Shown: positions 24,449-37,268 of the stretch, piece by piece
How the letters are laid out: each line of letters opens with the position of its first letter
Position numbering within the stretch: the first letter of the stretch is position 1
Origin: Octopus vulgaris
Lineage: Eukaryota
NCBI GenBank assembly: GCA_951406725.2
Contig: OX597815.1
Location: 189,720,001-189,784,000, forward strand
Length of the DNA stretch: 64,000 nucleotides
Reading direction: 5' to 3'
Translations under genes and position numbers: made by a program
Notes under the pieces: generated by a model
Databases searched by the model: none
The model's input: only the letters and a program-made list of their open reading frames with translations
What the model was told of the DNA's origin: nothing

Positions 24449-24790
24449 ATAAATTAGAAAAAATCACCTTTTATCAATTCAAAATGAAAAATTAAATTAC
24501 ACCATCTAGAAAATTACATATAATAGAAATATTAGATATAAGATTTTAAAAAATATACTGATGATTAAGTAATGTGCAAAATAATCAATAAAACGTATAT
24601 ATTTTATAGAATAACATTATTATACCAAATATATACGCTTTATTTATTATTTTGCGCATTACTTAATCATCAGGATATTTTTTTCATCTTATATTTAATA
24701 TTTCTATTATATGTAATTTTCTAGATGGTGTAATTTAATTTTTCATTTAGAATTGATAAAAGGTAGATTTTTCTAATTTATTTATATATT
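24449..24790. repeat. AT-rich inverted repeat, ~150-bp arms, each arm with a CTGATGA core remnant
   Basis: 24449-24602 is the reverse complement of ~24630-24790. Confidence 0.85.
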
Positions 24791-24895
24791 ATATTTTGTG
24801 AAATTTGATTTAGTATTTATAAATTGAATTTTTCCCTGTAAGTTAGGAATAATATTCCCTCAAATTATTATTATTATTATTATTATTAGTATATA

Positions 24896-24924
<29 letters not shown>

Positions 24925-24926
<2 letters not shown>

Positions 24927-25510
24927 TGTTATATTTCAGAATGGTCATTTTGCCAGTTTAGTCATTAAAAATACACGCACTATATATTTGGTGTTACTTT
25001 GCTTCAGTGTTATTTATTTTTTACATTAATCTTAGTCTTATTTCCGCCAGAGTTCTTTCGTCACACTCCTGTGACCGCATCAGTGGTCCTTTGTTTTCTT
25101 CTTTCTTATTTGTGTCTCTCCTTACTAACCGTCAACCATTTTGTATACAAAATACAAAATGGCTTACGGTTAGTAAGGAGAGACACAAATAAGAAAGAAG
25201 AAAACAAAGGACCACTGATGCGGTGCCATTTGTATTTTGTATACAAAATGGTTGACGGTTAGCAAGGAGAGACACAAATAAGAAAGAAGAAAACAAAGGA
25301 CCACTGATGCGGTCACAGGAGTGTGACGAAAGAACTCTGGCCGAAATAAGATTAAGATTAATGTAAAAAATAAATAACACTGAAGCAAAGTAACACCAAA
25401 TATATAGTGCATGTGTTTTTAATGACTAAACTGGCAAAATGACCATTCCGAAATATAACAATATCTGTTTCAACACACGACTTCACATAAAAAATCTTGC
25501 ACAACAAATA
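24925..25510. mobile_element. Near-perfect inverted repeat (~235-bp arms) with HHR-like motifs at 25047-25086 (-) and 25301-25340 (+); Penelope-like terminal repeat
   Basis: CCA CTGATGC G GTCAC AGGAGT GTGAC GAAA G AA CTC TGG; extra partial copy in the spacer; flanked by (TA)n. Confidence 0.75.
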
Positions 25511-25521
25511 TATAAACGTAC

Positions 25522-25616
<95 letters not shown>

Positions 25617-25683
25617 TATACATACATATATATATACATGTATATACATATAATCAAAATAAGCAACAAGGATATCTAAGGTA

Positions 25684-25774
25684 GTGTAGTACAATCGTTT
25701 CATGCTACATCATTTTTATTAAACACAGTAAGTATTACATCAGTTTTAAAATGTAGAGCAATCTTCAGCCACAC
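25684..25774 (-). ncRNA. Hammerhead ribozyme motif, type I, long stem II insert
   Basis: GTGTGG CTGAAGA TTGC(TC)TACAT...ATGTA GCAT GAAAC GATT GTA CTACAC; 6-bp stem I, GUA site. Confidence 0.72.
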
Positions 25775-25999
25775 ATAGATTTTTTTTAATTAAATGGACA
25801 ATGTACATTTTTATACTTATTTCATTTACCAACATTACAGGTTAATTTCATCATTAAGAATATGGTAGTAGAATGTCCTTGCCCATCTGTAGATTTTTTA
25901 TCATTGAGTTCACTTTGTTATTTAGATCAACCAATGGGAAGGGGGTTTCTTCATTTGTTTCAATAGAGACAAACAAGACATTTTTCTATTTACTCTCTC

Positions 26000-26393
26000 T
26001 CTCTTTTACTTGTTTCAGTCATTTGACTGCGGCCATGCTGGAGCACCGCCTTTAGGCAAGCAAATCGACCCCGGGACTTATTCTTTGTAAGCCCAGTACT
26101 TATTCTATCGGTCTCTTTTGCCAAACTGCTAAGTGACGGGATGTAAACACATCAGCATTGGTTGTCAAGCAATGCTAGGGGGACAAACACAGACACACAA
26201 ACACACACACACATATATATACATATATACGACAGGCTTCTTTCAGTTTCTGTCTACCAAATCCACTCACAAGGCATTGGTCGGCCCGGGGCTATAGCAA
26301 AAGATACTTGCCCAAGATTCCACACAGTGGGACTGAACCCGCAACCATGTGGTTGGTTAGCAGAGCAAGCTACTTACCACACAGCCACTCCTG
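26000..26393 (-). mobile_element. SINE family A
   Basis: Full match. Confidence 0.9.
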
Positions 26394-27066
26394 TAGAAAG
26401 AAGAAAGGGTAGTACATATGTCAAAGCCATAAATCCATCCTCATTTTGAGGAATTTAACTTAGGCCTATTTGAAAGTATTTTAGCAAAAGTTAGTTGGCT
26501 GAAGCTAGTGGGGTAGGGAGAATAGAGACTACTAATGCTCTAGAGATTTCTAATGTCCCTTACCATTTAACAGCCATAATTTCACTTGTGAATTTTAAAT
26601 AACTATCCTTTAGATAATTTTCCAAAGGATTCCAATAAATTTTAGTACCTTATATAGGGATAGAAAATATAGAGATCATTTCATATTTATCTAAATATAT
26701 ATATATCAATTTCTATTAATATAGATTCACAGTTAGTTAGTAAATAGCGATTTATTTTATTAATAAGTTAAATTAAACAAATATGCTAGACATAATATTT
26801 ACTAACTGTAAAAAAAACCCTTATCAATTAGCACATATATCAAGAGTCTATATGATATATTAAAAAGTAATGGAAGGGAGGTAATCAAGATGGACTAAAT
26901 AATTTCACTAGATATATAGAAGTTTTGCAATCCCATATAAAAGAGTATCAAAATATTCTAATTTCACTTTATTCAAATTTATTTATATTATAAAATTTCT
27001 TAATAATCTATTCAGGTTAAATAAAAGCTAGTATGGTATATAAATTCTTTATTTGGTTACAAAATA

Positions 27067-27330
27067 TTAAGAAAATTTAGGAATGGTCAGAATGCTATTA
27101 TTTAAAATACTTAAAAATACGGGTGGCACAATGTATGCAGGATATCCTAGTTCAAAACGGTTATTCAATAAGTTTATATTATTTGTATCTTTCAAAATTT
27201 CATATGTCTCCATAGAACAAAGTTCACATCCATCCCTACTATTTTTATAGGGCTGTGCCTTTCTTATTATATCCCATTTTAGGTTAAATTCAATATTTTT
27301 TTCTTTCAATTCCCAAATTTTACTGTACAA
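27067..27330 (-). pseudogene. Penelope-like retroelement ORF C-terminus (end of GIY-YIG endonuclease region)
   Basis: SKIWELKEKNIEFNLKWDIIRKAQPY...CELCSMETYEIL...LLNNRFEL fits the IW.LK......I.W.I......Y....C.LC..E...I...LLN.R.E pattern of PLE ORFs; no RT present. Confidence 0.82.
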
Positions 27331-27334
27331 TATG

Positions 27335-27653
27335 TGTGATTAGCAAATGAGTGTGTAGGAGTGGCGTGGGAGTTTGAGGTCAATGACAAAAAAGGATGAT
27401 AGCATGCAAAAAAGTGAAAGTTTTGAAATTTTTAAACTTAACTGTCTCAAACCACCCGTTTTCATGATATTTCAGCATCCCTTTGCAGTCCCTTTCAAAT
27501 CATTTCTAGAGGAAGCGATTTGCAGTCCCTTTTAAATCGCTCCCAGAGCACTGTTATTTGCAGTCCCTTTCAAATTGTTTCAAGAGGACTGAAATTTGCA
27601 GTCCCTTTCAAATCACTCCTAGGGGACTGCAGGCCTTACTTTGAGAATCACTG
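27335..27653 (-). mobile_element. hAT-like element end with four subterminal TTTGCAGTCCCTTTYAAAT repeats
   Basis: Terminus reads CAGTGATTCTCAAA on minus strand; repeats at 27482-27615. Confidence 0.6.
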
Positions 27654-28379
27654 CTTTAGAGCCTTATGCTTTAATCCAGTATGAGCCAAAAACGTTAAAA
27701 AGCTCCCCAGAAATAAATATTTGGTAATGAATATACAATATTAGCATAATCTACTATAATGCATAATATTATATGCAATATTTTATATTAAGAAATATGA
27801 GGAACAATTCCAAATATATTTTGATCATATGATCTCCTCTGTGAACTATGGACTTCATCAAATATGCCAAAGAAATGATGAAAAAATTGTTAAGTAAATG
27901 CACAGAATTGTACAATTGTTCTCAAAGGAAATCAGAGTTGTATAGAAATTCAGAGATGCTATTCATATGAAAAATAATGCATAATTTGATGTTAGCATAT
28001 CTTTTTTGGTTGAGGTCACTAAAAAGTTAAGCAGAAATATATGTCATGAGAAAAAGTATATATATTAGTCAATGAGTAATATTGTTCCTATTTTTTTTTT
28101 CTCCATCAAGTACAAGAGATAACGTGAGACAGATTCTAAGAAGACTTGTTATCAATATGTTCAATTTCCTCAAACTTATGTGACTACAACTCTGCCTCTT
28201 GTCCTATCTTTCCTCTTTCGTAGCACTTATCATTAATAAATTTGTTTCACTTTTACCATTGTTCTGATATTGAATTATTTCCACCTTTGATATAAACTTG
28301 TTGAACAAATTTAGCTGTCCATCGACAAACTATGAACGCAACTATCTATAACACATTGCTAGGCATTGCCTTTGTTAAT

Positions 28380-28490
28380 TAAAATAGGTTTCTAAGTCAT
28401 CAATCATGTTAAGAATCTTCCCTGGTATAGAAAGAAGAGAGAAATCTCAAATAATTTAAAATTTATGGACTGTTTACCCATTCTTTCATG
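28380..28490 (-). pseudogene. Decayed LINE reverse-transcriptase fragment
   Basis: Minus strand FSLLSIPGKILNMI, matching the (NYRP)ISLLS.PGK.. motif. Confidence 0.55.
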
Positions 28491-29172
28491 TTTCTGTGTT
28501 CTACATGAATTTTGAGTGTATCTACAAATTATAGATTCTTTTAGCAATAACTCATTTCACATATTTAGATATGGGAGGTACTTGGTACTATCATTCAACA
28601 CAATTCTTTTGTATTCTAGTTTTGCAAGTCAGTAAATAAATTACTTCAGTTCTGTAATATATTACAAATCTTTTAACAAGACATTCGATGTCAAATCTTA
28701 ATCTTTGTTCCAACTTTCTTCAAAAGTCAGACAAAAAGACATTCTTCTTTTCATATATTTCAAAGTTATAATTCTTACACCAAACACTATATATTTCTAA
28801 ACAGATCCAGCCTCTTTAGGAGCAGATTTAAGATAACTTTTTTGTTTTCCAGCTGGTTTACTAAATACTGGCATAAAATAAACCAATTTAGCAATTAAAT
28901 TGATAAAGGGAATAAAAATAAAATTCCCATATCAGCACTTCAAACAGTTGGAAGTTCAAGTTTGACTTCCTTTCTTTTAAAGACACCAGTTATTCTTCCT
29001 TTTATGCTTTCTGGTTTTGGTCATTATACTGCAGCCATGCAATGAGAGTGAGTTCTGTCTTTGAGAATGGTTTGTCTGATATTTCATTGATCTATATTTT
29101 ATTGAATACCAAAGTCACCTCTTGTTACAGTACCATTATTCTAACTAATGGCATTACATCAAATACATAAAC

Positions 29173-29390
29173 AAGGCAGCAAGTTGGCCGAATTGTTAGT
29201 ACACCAGGTGAAATGCTTTGCGACATTTCATCTGTCTTTTATGTTCTGAGTTCAAATTCTGTTGAATTTGATTTTGGCTTTCATCCTGTAAGGGTTGATA
29301 AAATAAATATCAGATGAGCACTGGGGTTGATATAATCAATTTATGCCCACCACTGAACTTGCTGGCCTGTGCCAAAACTTGAAACCATTA
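29173..29390 (+). mobile_element. SINE family B1 (diverged)
   Basis: Core match. Confidence 0.75.
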
Positions 29391-29451
29391 TATCAGACCC
29401 ATGAACAAAAACACCGAGACACACTATTACATAGATTTACACAAATTATAT

Positions 29452-29795
29452 TGAGTGGCTGTGTGGTACGTAGCTTGCTTACCAACCACATGGTTCCAGG
29501 TTCTGTTCCACTGCATGGCACCGCGGGCAAGTGTCTTCTACTAGTGGTTAGAGCATCGGATCGCTGTCAAGGGATCGCAGGTTCGCATCTCAGACCAGGT
29601 GATGAGTGTGTCTATGAGCAAAACACCTAAGCTCCACGCGGCTCCGGCAGAAGGTAATGGCGAAATTCTGCTGTCCTCCTGCATCTTGCTGCTCATCTGC
29701 GACGGACTGGCGTCCCATCCAGGTGGGGAGCCTATAAGCCAAGGAAACTGGGAAATCGGCCCTTATGAGCCAGGGATGGTTCAAGAATGAAAAAA
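29452..29795 (+). mobile_element. Composite SINE: family A 5' fragment + D-type head + F-type tail
   Basis: AAAACACCTAAGCTCCACGCGGCTCCGGCAG (D) followed by CTGCGACGGACTGGCGTCCCATCCAGGTGGGG (F). Confidence 0.75.
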
Positions 29796-29879
29796 GAATG
29801 AACAGTGGCTCATCTGCTTCACTGAATCAATCTACTTTGTGTAGTAGTATTGGATTAAATCAAGTTCCACCACCAGCTC

Positions 29880-30100
29880 GATGCTCTGGTACTTAGTCAA
29901 CAGAAAGATCCTCAGATACCACATAAGAAACTTGATATTGTTTCCCATGACAAAAATGGTAAAAGTGTGTTGATTAACATAGCAATATCAGATGAAGAAT
30001 TGAGCTGAAAGCTGAGGAATTACACCATCTTTGCTATTGAATTAAAAAATATTACAGTATTTATTAAATGTGTTCATCACCATATTGTATTAAGCATCAC
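29880..30100 (+). pseudogene. Older R4/Dong-like endonuclease remnant
   Basis: IPHKKLDIVSHDKNGKSVLINIAISDE resembles the KPDIV...LIDIA..D motif. Confidence 0.5.
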
Positions 30101-30101
30101 C

Positions 30102-30330
30102 TTAACCCTTTCGTTAACTGTATTTATTTTGAGATGCTCAGTGTTTCTTTCAATTACTTTAAATATAACAAAGAATTTAGTAAAATAACTTAGTTATCAT
30201 TAAGCTAGTGTTAGGAACATAAATTGTGACTAAGGTTTGATGAAAAATTTTAATTCAAAATTTATGTAAACAAGACATTTGTACTACAGAGCCAGAAGTG
30301 GTTTCAGCCAGGTTGGTAACAAAAAGGTTG
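30102..30330. mobile_element. piggyBac-like MITE
   Basis: TTAACCCTTTCGTTA... / ...GTAACAAAAAGGTT; end fragment of the same family at 34398-34466. Confidence 0.7.
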
Positions 30331-30854
30331 GGGGATACACAGCTATTTTTGTGAAGATTATCAACCTGTAAGACTGGAGACAAGCACATTCTGAAACAGT
30401 GTAACTTTAGGATCTCTAAATATCACCAGGGCATTATAATATAATAGTTATTGACTTTGTTAGCCTTTGACATCTCTGTCAATTGGTCCTTAATTTTTAA
30501 GTACATTTTATACATAAATATTTTGAGAATGGAGACTCTTGATATCATTCTCAAACCATGAAAACTAAAAATAAACTAGCAAAAAGGAAGAAGAAACCAA
30601 GATTTTTTATTTTTTTTTTTTTTTGCTTGAAGAAAATAAAATTTTTTTAATGATGTGTGATAAGAATGATAGTCAGCTGTAGAGACATCAAATCATTTAG
30701 AAAATTAATTTATTTGGAGACACTTGTCTGTAAAGAATATAGAATAGGAAATATGAGATTTTTATTATAATTTTAAAATTGGAAAGTTCCTAAAATGTAA
30801 TTAGGAGAATTTGTTGGTACAAGGTATTTATTGTTGTTGCGATTTCCTCCTCCC

Positions 30855-30906
30855 GATAATAATAATAATGATAATAATAATAATAATAATAATGATAATA
30901 ATAATA

Positions 30907-30959
<53 letters not shown>

Positions 30960-30970
30960 AATAATAATAC
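30855..30970. repeat. (AAT/GAT)n microsatellite
   Basis: Direct reading. Confidence 0.95.
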
Positions 30971-31389
30971 AGTTGTAGTGTTTATTATCTGCTAAGATAA
31001 CAGAAGCTAGAAATATGTCACATTTCAGAATACAACATCATTATAATATTCTTATAATCTTATAAGGTTTGGTCTTATAATCCTATAAGCAAGCAGAATT
31101 GATAACACACTAGGCAAAATGCTCAAAGGCATTTTGTCACTTTATTTTCTGAGTTCAAATTCTGCCAAATCCAATTTTATCTTTCATCCTTTTGGGGTCA
31201 ACAAAATAAGTACCAGTTAAGCACTAGAGTCAATGCAATCAGCTTATCTCTCCCCCAATATTGCCAGCCTTGTGCCAAAAATTGGAACCAATATTCTTAT
31301 AATCTTTAACAGATTTAAGCCACTGGATTTCTGCCATGCTGGGGGCATCATCATCAAGGCTTATCAACTCCAATGGCTTTCTGACTTCT

Positions 31390-31648
31390 GTGCACGTAAA
31401 AGTACCAACCGATCGTGGTTGCTGTCAGCCTCCCCTGGCACCTGTGCTGGTGGCACGTAAAAAGCACCCACTACACTCAATGAGTGGTTGGCGTTAGGAA
31501 GGGCAACCAGCTGTAGAAACACTGCCAGATCAGACTGGAGCCTGGTGCAGCCTCCTGGCTTCCCAGACCCTGGTCGAACTGTCCAACCTGTGCTAGCAGG
31601 GAAAACGGACATTAAACGATGAGGATGATGATGATGATGATGATGATG
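31390..31648 (+). mobile_element. Family C
   Basis: Match; a diverged B1 copy lies at 31088-31295. Confidence 0.85.
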
Positions 31649-32179
31649 AAAAGAGTGACAATAAGGCCAATTCTAGCTCAAAAGGGCCACATCTTGAAAG
31701 AAACTAAATACACTTAGGTATTCTTGTTTCATTCAGATTACAAATACACACTCATCCAAATATGCAATAGACTTCTGGACAGATCCATCTACGAAATTTC
31801 CCTCACTATTTCAGTCACTCAAAGGCTACGGTACAATACAGCTGCCCAGAGTCCTGAATAAAATGACCAAACCCAGAGCCATATGGTTACAAAGTGAATT
31901 TTTTAACATCTCAAACATACCAAGTTATTTATTTCTATTTTATTGATGTGATCAAATGTTAAACAAAATTTCATCCTGTTATTCTTATATTGGTTTCAGT
32001 CATTGGAGAACGGCCATGCTGGGGCACTGTCTTCAAGTATTTTATTTCTGTCCTGTACTTATTTAACTATCAACATCCTTTTCTATTTTTTTTTTTTTTT
32101 TGTCATAGAGGAATGACACATGCTATGTTAATTTACATCAACGCAGACTAATACAGATATGGTCTTTCATACACACTCA

Positions 32180-32241
<62 letters not shown>

Positions 32242-32460
32242 CACTCATTATAGGTTTCCAAATAGCTTTTTTCTACCAAATTCTACTCAAGTTATTGGTC
32301 AACCAAAGTGTTAGTAAAATATACTAAACTAAGGAGCCATGCATCAGGTTCAGACATGGAATTATGGTATCACATGCATTTTGTAATCAATAAAATTGTT
32401 GATTTAAGGTTCAACCAGCCCACCAACTCAACCACATATTTACAAACACCAGGAACTCAA

Positions 32461-33040
32461 ATCATCATCATCATCATCATTGTTTAACGTCTATTTTCCT
32501 TGACGGCATGGGTTGGACGGTTTGACTGGGGTCTGGAAAGCCAGCGGCTGCACCAGGCTCCAGTCTGATCTGGCAGTGTTCTACAGCCAGATGCCCTTCC
32601 TAATGCCAACCACTCCAAGAGTGTTGTGGGTGGTTTTTATGTGTCACCAGCACAGGAGCCAGTTAGGTGGGCCTAGCATCAATCATGTTCAGATAGTGCT
32701 TTTTACGTGTCACCAGCATGGGAGCCAGTTAGGGGGCACTGGCATCAGCCACATTCAGATGGTGCATTTTACATACCTATTTCTTTACTACCCACAAGAG
32801 GGGACAAACAAAGACAGACATAGGTATTAAGTCGATTACATCGATCCCAGTGCATAACTGGTACTTAATTTATCGACCCCGAAAGGATGAAAGGTAAAGT
32901 CGACCTCGGCAGAATTTGAACTCACAACGTAACGGCAGACGAAATACCGCTAAGCATTTCACCTGGTGTGCTAACGCTTCTGCCAGCTCGCTACCACCGG
33001 TACAGGAACCACTCAGTGGGCCACTGGCATCAGTCACAAC
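32461..33040 (-). mobile_element. Family C interrupted by SINE B2 (32773-32996)
   Basis: Family C internal repeat unit resumes after the B2 head. Confidence 0.8.
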
Positions 33041-34586
33041 TCCAAAAAGTGTTGTTGCTTTGTTAGAAACTGGTTTGACCTCTCTCAATAAGAACTTAAA
33101 TGAACCTCATACATACATATGATGGATTGCTGCACAGCTTCTGTCAAGCCAGTTTCATTCATAAAATATTATTTGAACCATGGCCTTAGTAGAACAGACT
33201 TACCCAAGGTGCTGCACAGAGATTTCCAATCTAGAAATACATGGTTGTGAAGAAAACTTCTTAATTACACAGACAAACCTGAACTCAAACATCAAATTAA
33301 TGAAGTTAATCATTTAGAGCAATATACCTCTAAAAAGACATCGAATAAATTAATCAAATAAAATAAAATATTAGGTATGGCATTTGAACTTACAACATAT
33401 ATCTTCAATTGCCTATTCAATTATAACCATAATTCTTGTTTTTCTTTCCATTGTAGCTTATCACACAGTAATTGGACATAAACATTAAATTATTTATGAT
33501 AATTATATTTTCATGAAAAATCAAAGGTTTATAACAGAAACAATGACAATTCATTATCTTTGGTCATTATTTCTGTAAAGCTCTAAATTAAATATCCAGA
33601 ATGATTGAAATGAAACTAATCTAAAGACATATATAATTACAAATGGGTGTATTTGTTGAAAGTATTCAAGTGGTATCTGATTTCCAAGATTTCATACAAC
33701 TTATATTTAATAAAGAAGAATGAAAGCCGAGTGCTAACAACATTGATAATTAAAGATGTTTGAAAAATATTGTGTGAAAGAAACGGAATTCCAAATATTG
33801 AACAGCAATTACCATTTTTTATTTTACTCAATTAATTTAGTTTTGACATTTATTACAAAAAACATATTCATATTTTATTCATAAGGATTTTAATTTGATG
33901 AACAGCTTCTTGTTATTATTTTAAAGAACTGACTTCTTGATAAAATCACAAACAGTAAACATTTTGTTTAATTTTTCATAGCAAAGATTGCTATCCTTAA
34001 TCTGTGTATTTTGATATGAAAGATTCAATATTTACAGATAGAAAGTAATTAATATAATAGCTTGATTATTAATAATTATGTACAAGAGAAGAATTTATAT
34101 TTCTTTAATAAATATTGAAGAAAGAAGGTCACAATTGATAAGCGTTAACGATTAAACGAAAATACATTCATTTCATTCTTTTTAATAGCCTTAGAAGAAT
34201 ATGGATAAAAGTGGATATTAGATAAAGAGAACGTCTCATGTTCTCTCTAAACTGTACATCTGTGCAGATACATGCATAGTTTGTAACCACAACTCAAAAG
34301 AGATCAATTTAAGCACAAGAAATGAATGTGGACACAAAGATAGGCCACCAAAAATAAACTAGTTGAATAGTAAGAAGTTTGCTTCCTAACTACAGGGTTG
34401 TTATATTCAAAGTGATTGAAAGAAACACGGAGCATCTCAAAATAAATACAGTAACGAAAGGGTTAAATCTTTTAATGGCAGTTTCAGGTAAGATGGTATC
34501 AAACAGGTTAAAAATAATGACCATCATCAGTATGATACTATAGGTTCTAATTGTTACTGTTGCTAGAAACAATAGCACCATTTTAA

Positions 34587-35030
34587 GGAGTAGCTCTGTG
34601 GTAAGTAGCTTGCTTACCAACCACATGGTTCTGGGTTCAGTCCCACTGCATGGCACCTTGGGCAAGTGTCTTCTACTATAGCCTCAGCCAAATAAAGCTC
34701 TGTGAGTGAATTTGGTAGATGGAAACTGAAAGAAGCCCTTCATATCTTTATATATGTATGTATGTATGTAATATATATGTATGTATGTATGTAATATATA
34801 TGTATGTATGTGTATATATGTATGTATGTATGCATATTATGTGTGTGTGTGTGTATGTGTTTGTTGCCCAACACTTACCAACTGGTGTTGGTGTGTTTAC
34901 GTCCCCGTAACTTAGCAGTACCAGACTCAAAAAGAATAATTACTGCTGTCTGTTCATTTGATTAGAAATTCTTCGAGGCAGTGCCCCAGCATGGCCACAG
35001 TCTAATGACTGGAACAGGTAAGAGAGTAAT
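34587..35030 (+). mobile_element. SINE family A (diverged)
   Basis: Head and tail match. Confidence 0.8.
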
Positions 35031-35429
35031 AGATCTTGTACAGTATAGCCCAGTCACCATCTGTGAGGGAATACAGCTTAGTAACATCTACCACACTTTC
35101 ACTAATAGTTTTAGGGGCCTGTGTAATCACAAGCAGAGATAAACACCTCTCAGTCATCTCACCCTTGACCCAGTGAACATGCAGGCTATGATAGCTAAAG
35201 GGGCAGAGAGTTGCATCAACATCTGGCTAGAGTGGAACAATGTAAAACAAAGTGTTCTTCTCATAAACACAATATATAAACCCATCCAAAGATAACTCAC
35301 AATTTTGTGAACATCCTAACCCGTGCACCCCGACAAAATGAAATATGAACTGGAAATTATTTGCTTGGTATCTGAAGCACCTGGAAAACCATAGAATAAT
35401 TTAGTAGTATTAATAATAATAATATTTCG

Positions 35430-35750
35430 GTTTTGGATTTGGATTTGGTTTACCAGATTCTTTAAATGAGTTCGTGTGTTGAAGCATATTCTGTTGTGTC
35501 TGGGGAGAGTCATTTTCTTTTTGTGCCTTATAATGTAACACACTCACTGGTAAAATTTCCACTTATTTCTTGTTTTCCTTTTCCCTAAAATTTGCGTTGG
35601 GTCTTGCAAGACTATTGAAGATCATTGAAAAGGTTGCAAGATGCAACGAGAATTTTAGGAAAATAAAAATAAGAAATTTTATTGGTGAACGTGTTACATT
35701 ATAAGGCACAAAAAGAAAATGACTCTCCCCAGACACAACAGAATAATAAT
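35430..35750. repeat. Inverted repeat (~120-bp arms) related to the 24925-25510 element
   Basis: TATTCTGTTGTGTCTGGGGAGAGTCATTTTCTTTTTGTGCCTTATAATGTAACAC and its reverse complement at ~35691-35745. Confidence 0.8.
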
Positions 35751-36284
35751 AATACTTATTATACAAATGCAGGCATTGCTATAGGTGCAGACATGTATGT
35801 GTGGTTGAGATGCCTACTTTGTAACCACATGATTTCAGGCTCAGTCCCACTGTGCAGCCCCAGGCTAACCAATGATTCGTGAGTGAACTTGGAAGATGGA
35901 AACTGTGTGGAAGCCTAATGTATATATATATATGTATGCATATGAGTAATAATTTTTTTTTATTCGTTTCAGTCATTTGACTGAAATTAAAACTTTCTAC
36001 CAAAATTTCATGTTAACCTATGTTCCAAACTCTGACTTAATATTGGTTAAGTTGTTTTAATAATTTTGTTTATCCTTTTCAATATTAATTGTAACCAAGG
36101 CAGTGTAGTTCAACAGAGATATGGTGACAAAAGGTCTACTCTTCAAGAGATAGGTCAACAGAGCTTTCATTTAAACACAGGGTTCGGCACGCTAGGATAA
36201 ATTACCTCAAGTAGGGTAAAACTGAAATTCTTGGAAGTAATGAGACCACATTAGACGTAATGAGAACACATTAGACGTAAGATG

Positions 36285-36792
36285 TGACCCCCTTCGGTCA
36301 TAAATGACCAAGGGATTGCACCTAGAAAGTTACCCTCCCAGGCACAAGTCTGGGCAAGGTTGTTTATGGAAGACCAGCAGCCGCCCATGCATACAAGCCT
36401 CTCCGCTCTACGCCCCCGATTTTATCCAAGGGAAAGGCAAAGACCGATACAGCTTGGCACCAGTGACATCGCAGCTCATTTATTAATGTGTAAGTGGCTG
36501 AGCACTCCACAGACGAGTGTAACCTTAACGTAGTTCTTGGGGAGATTCAGCGTGACACAGAGTGTGACAAGGCTAGCCCTTTGAAATACAGGTACAACAG
36601 AAACAGGAAGAAAGATTGAGAGAAAGTTGTGGTGAAAGAGTACAGCAGGTTTCACCCCCACCCTGCCGGAGCCTAATGGAGCTTTAGGTGTTTACGCTCA
36701 ATAAACACTCACAATGCCTGGTGTGGGAATTGAAACTGCAATCCTACGACCACGAGTCTGCTACCTTAACCGCTGGGCCATTGCACCTCCAC
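36285..36792 (-). mobile_element. Chimeric SINE: D1 5' part (36481-36792) fused to E 3' part (36285-36480)
   Basis: Each half matches its parent family elsewhere in the window. Confidence 0.8.
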
Positions 36793-37223
36793 AAGTAAAA
36801 TTATATTTAAAAAAGCATGTTCCTTGTTTACTAGAGAAATTTTTCTTCTGGCAACACTGCTTCTGTTCAATGTAATGAATGTGCAAATAGATTAATATAA
36901 ATAGATTCAATAAAATGGATACAATAAACCTTTTGAATTCAAAGAATCTATGATTTTCTTCCTTTCAAATCAAGAGGGTAATGTTGGTGCAAATAAATAT
37001 ATTTTGGGGTAATTGGTTAAAAAAGTTCTCCAAACCCTGCTTTAACAGCTTTAATTTTTCTGTAGAAGTTATTAAAAAATGATATTAAAAATTATTTTCA
37101 TATTTTTATCCCTACAACTATTTGTAAAGGAATCACTTTTTCAAGATCAGTGACGAATAGTTACTGGAAAAAGGATATTAATATTTGCATTGGGAACTCC
37201 TTTCCTCGAAGACTGGTGATTGT

Positions 37224-37268
37224 CGTATGCTGATGATGGGTCAAGACCCAGAAACTGCAGTCTGTGCG
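37224..37268 (+). ncRNA. Hammerhead ribozyme motif, type I minimal, single copy
   Basis: CGTATG CTGATGA TGGGT CAAG ACCCA GAAAC TGCA GTC TGTGCG; full core, GUC site; stem I has three G.U pairs. Confidence 0.72.

Noticed and set aside
27482-27615. Regularly spaced ~20-bp repeats resembling a CRISPR array
   Set aside because: Eukaryotic context, short related spacers, adjacent to a hAT-like terminus; subterminal repeats
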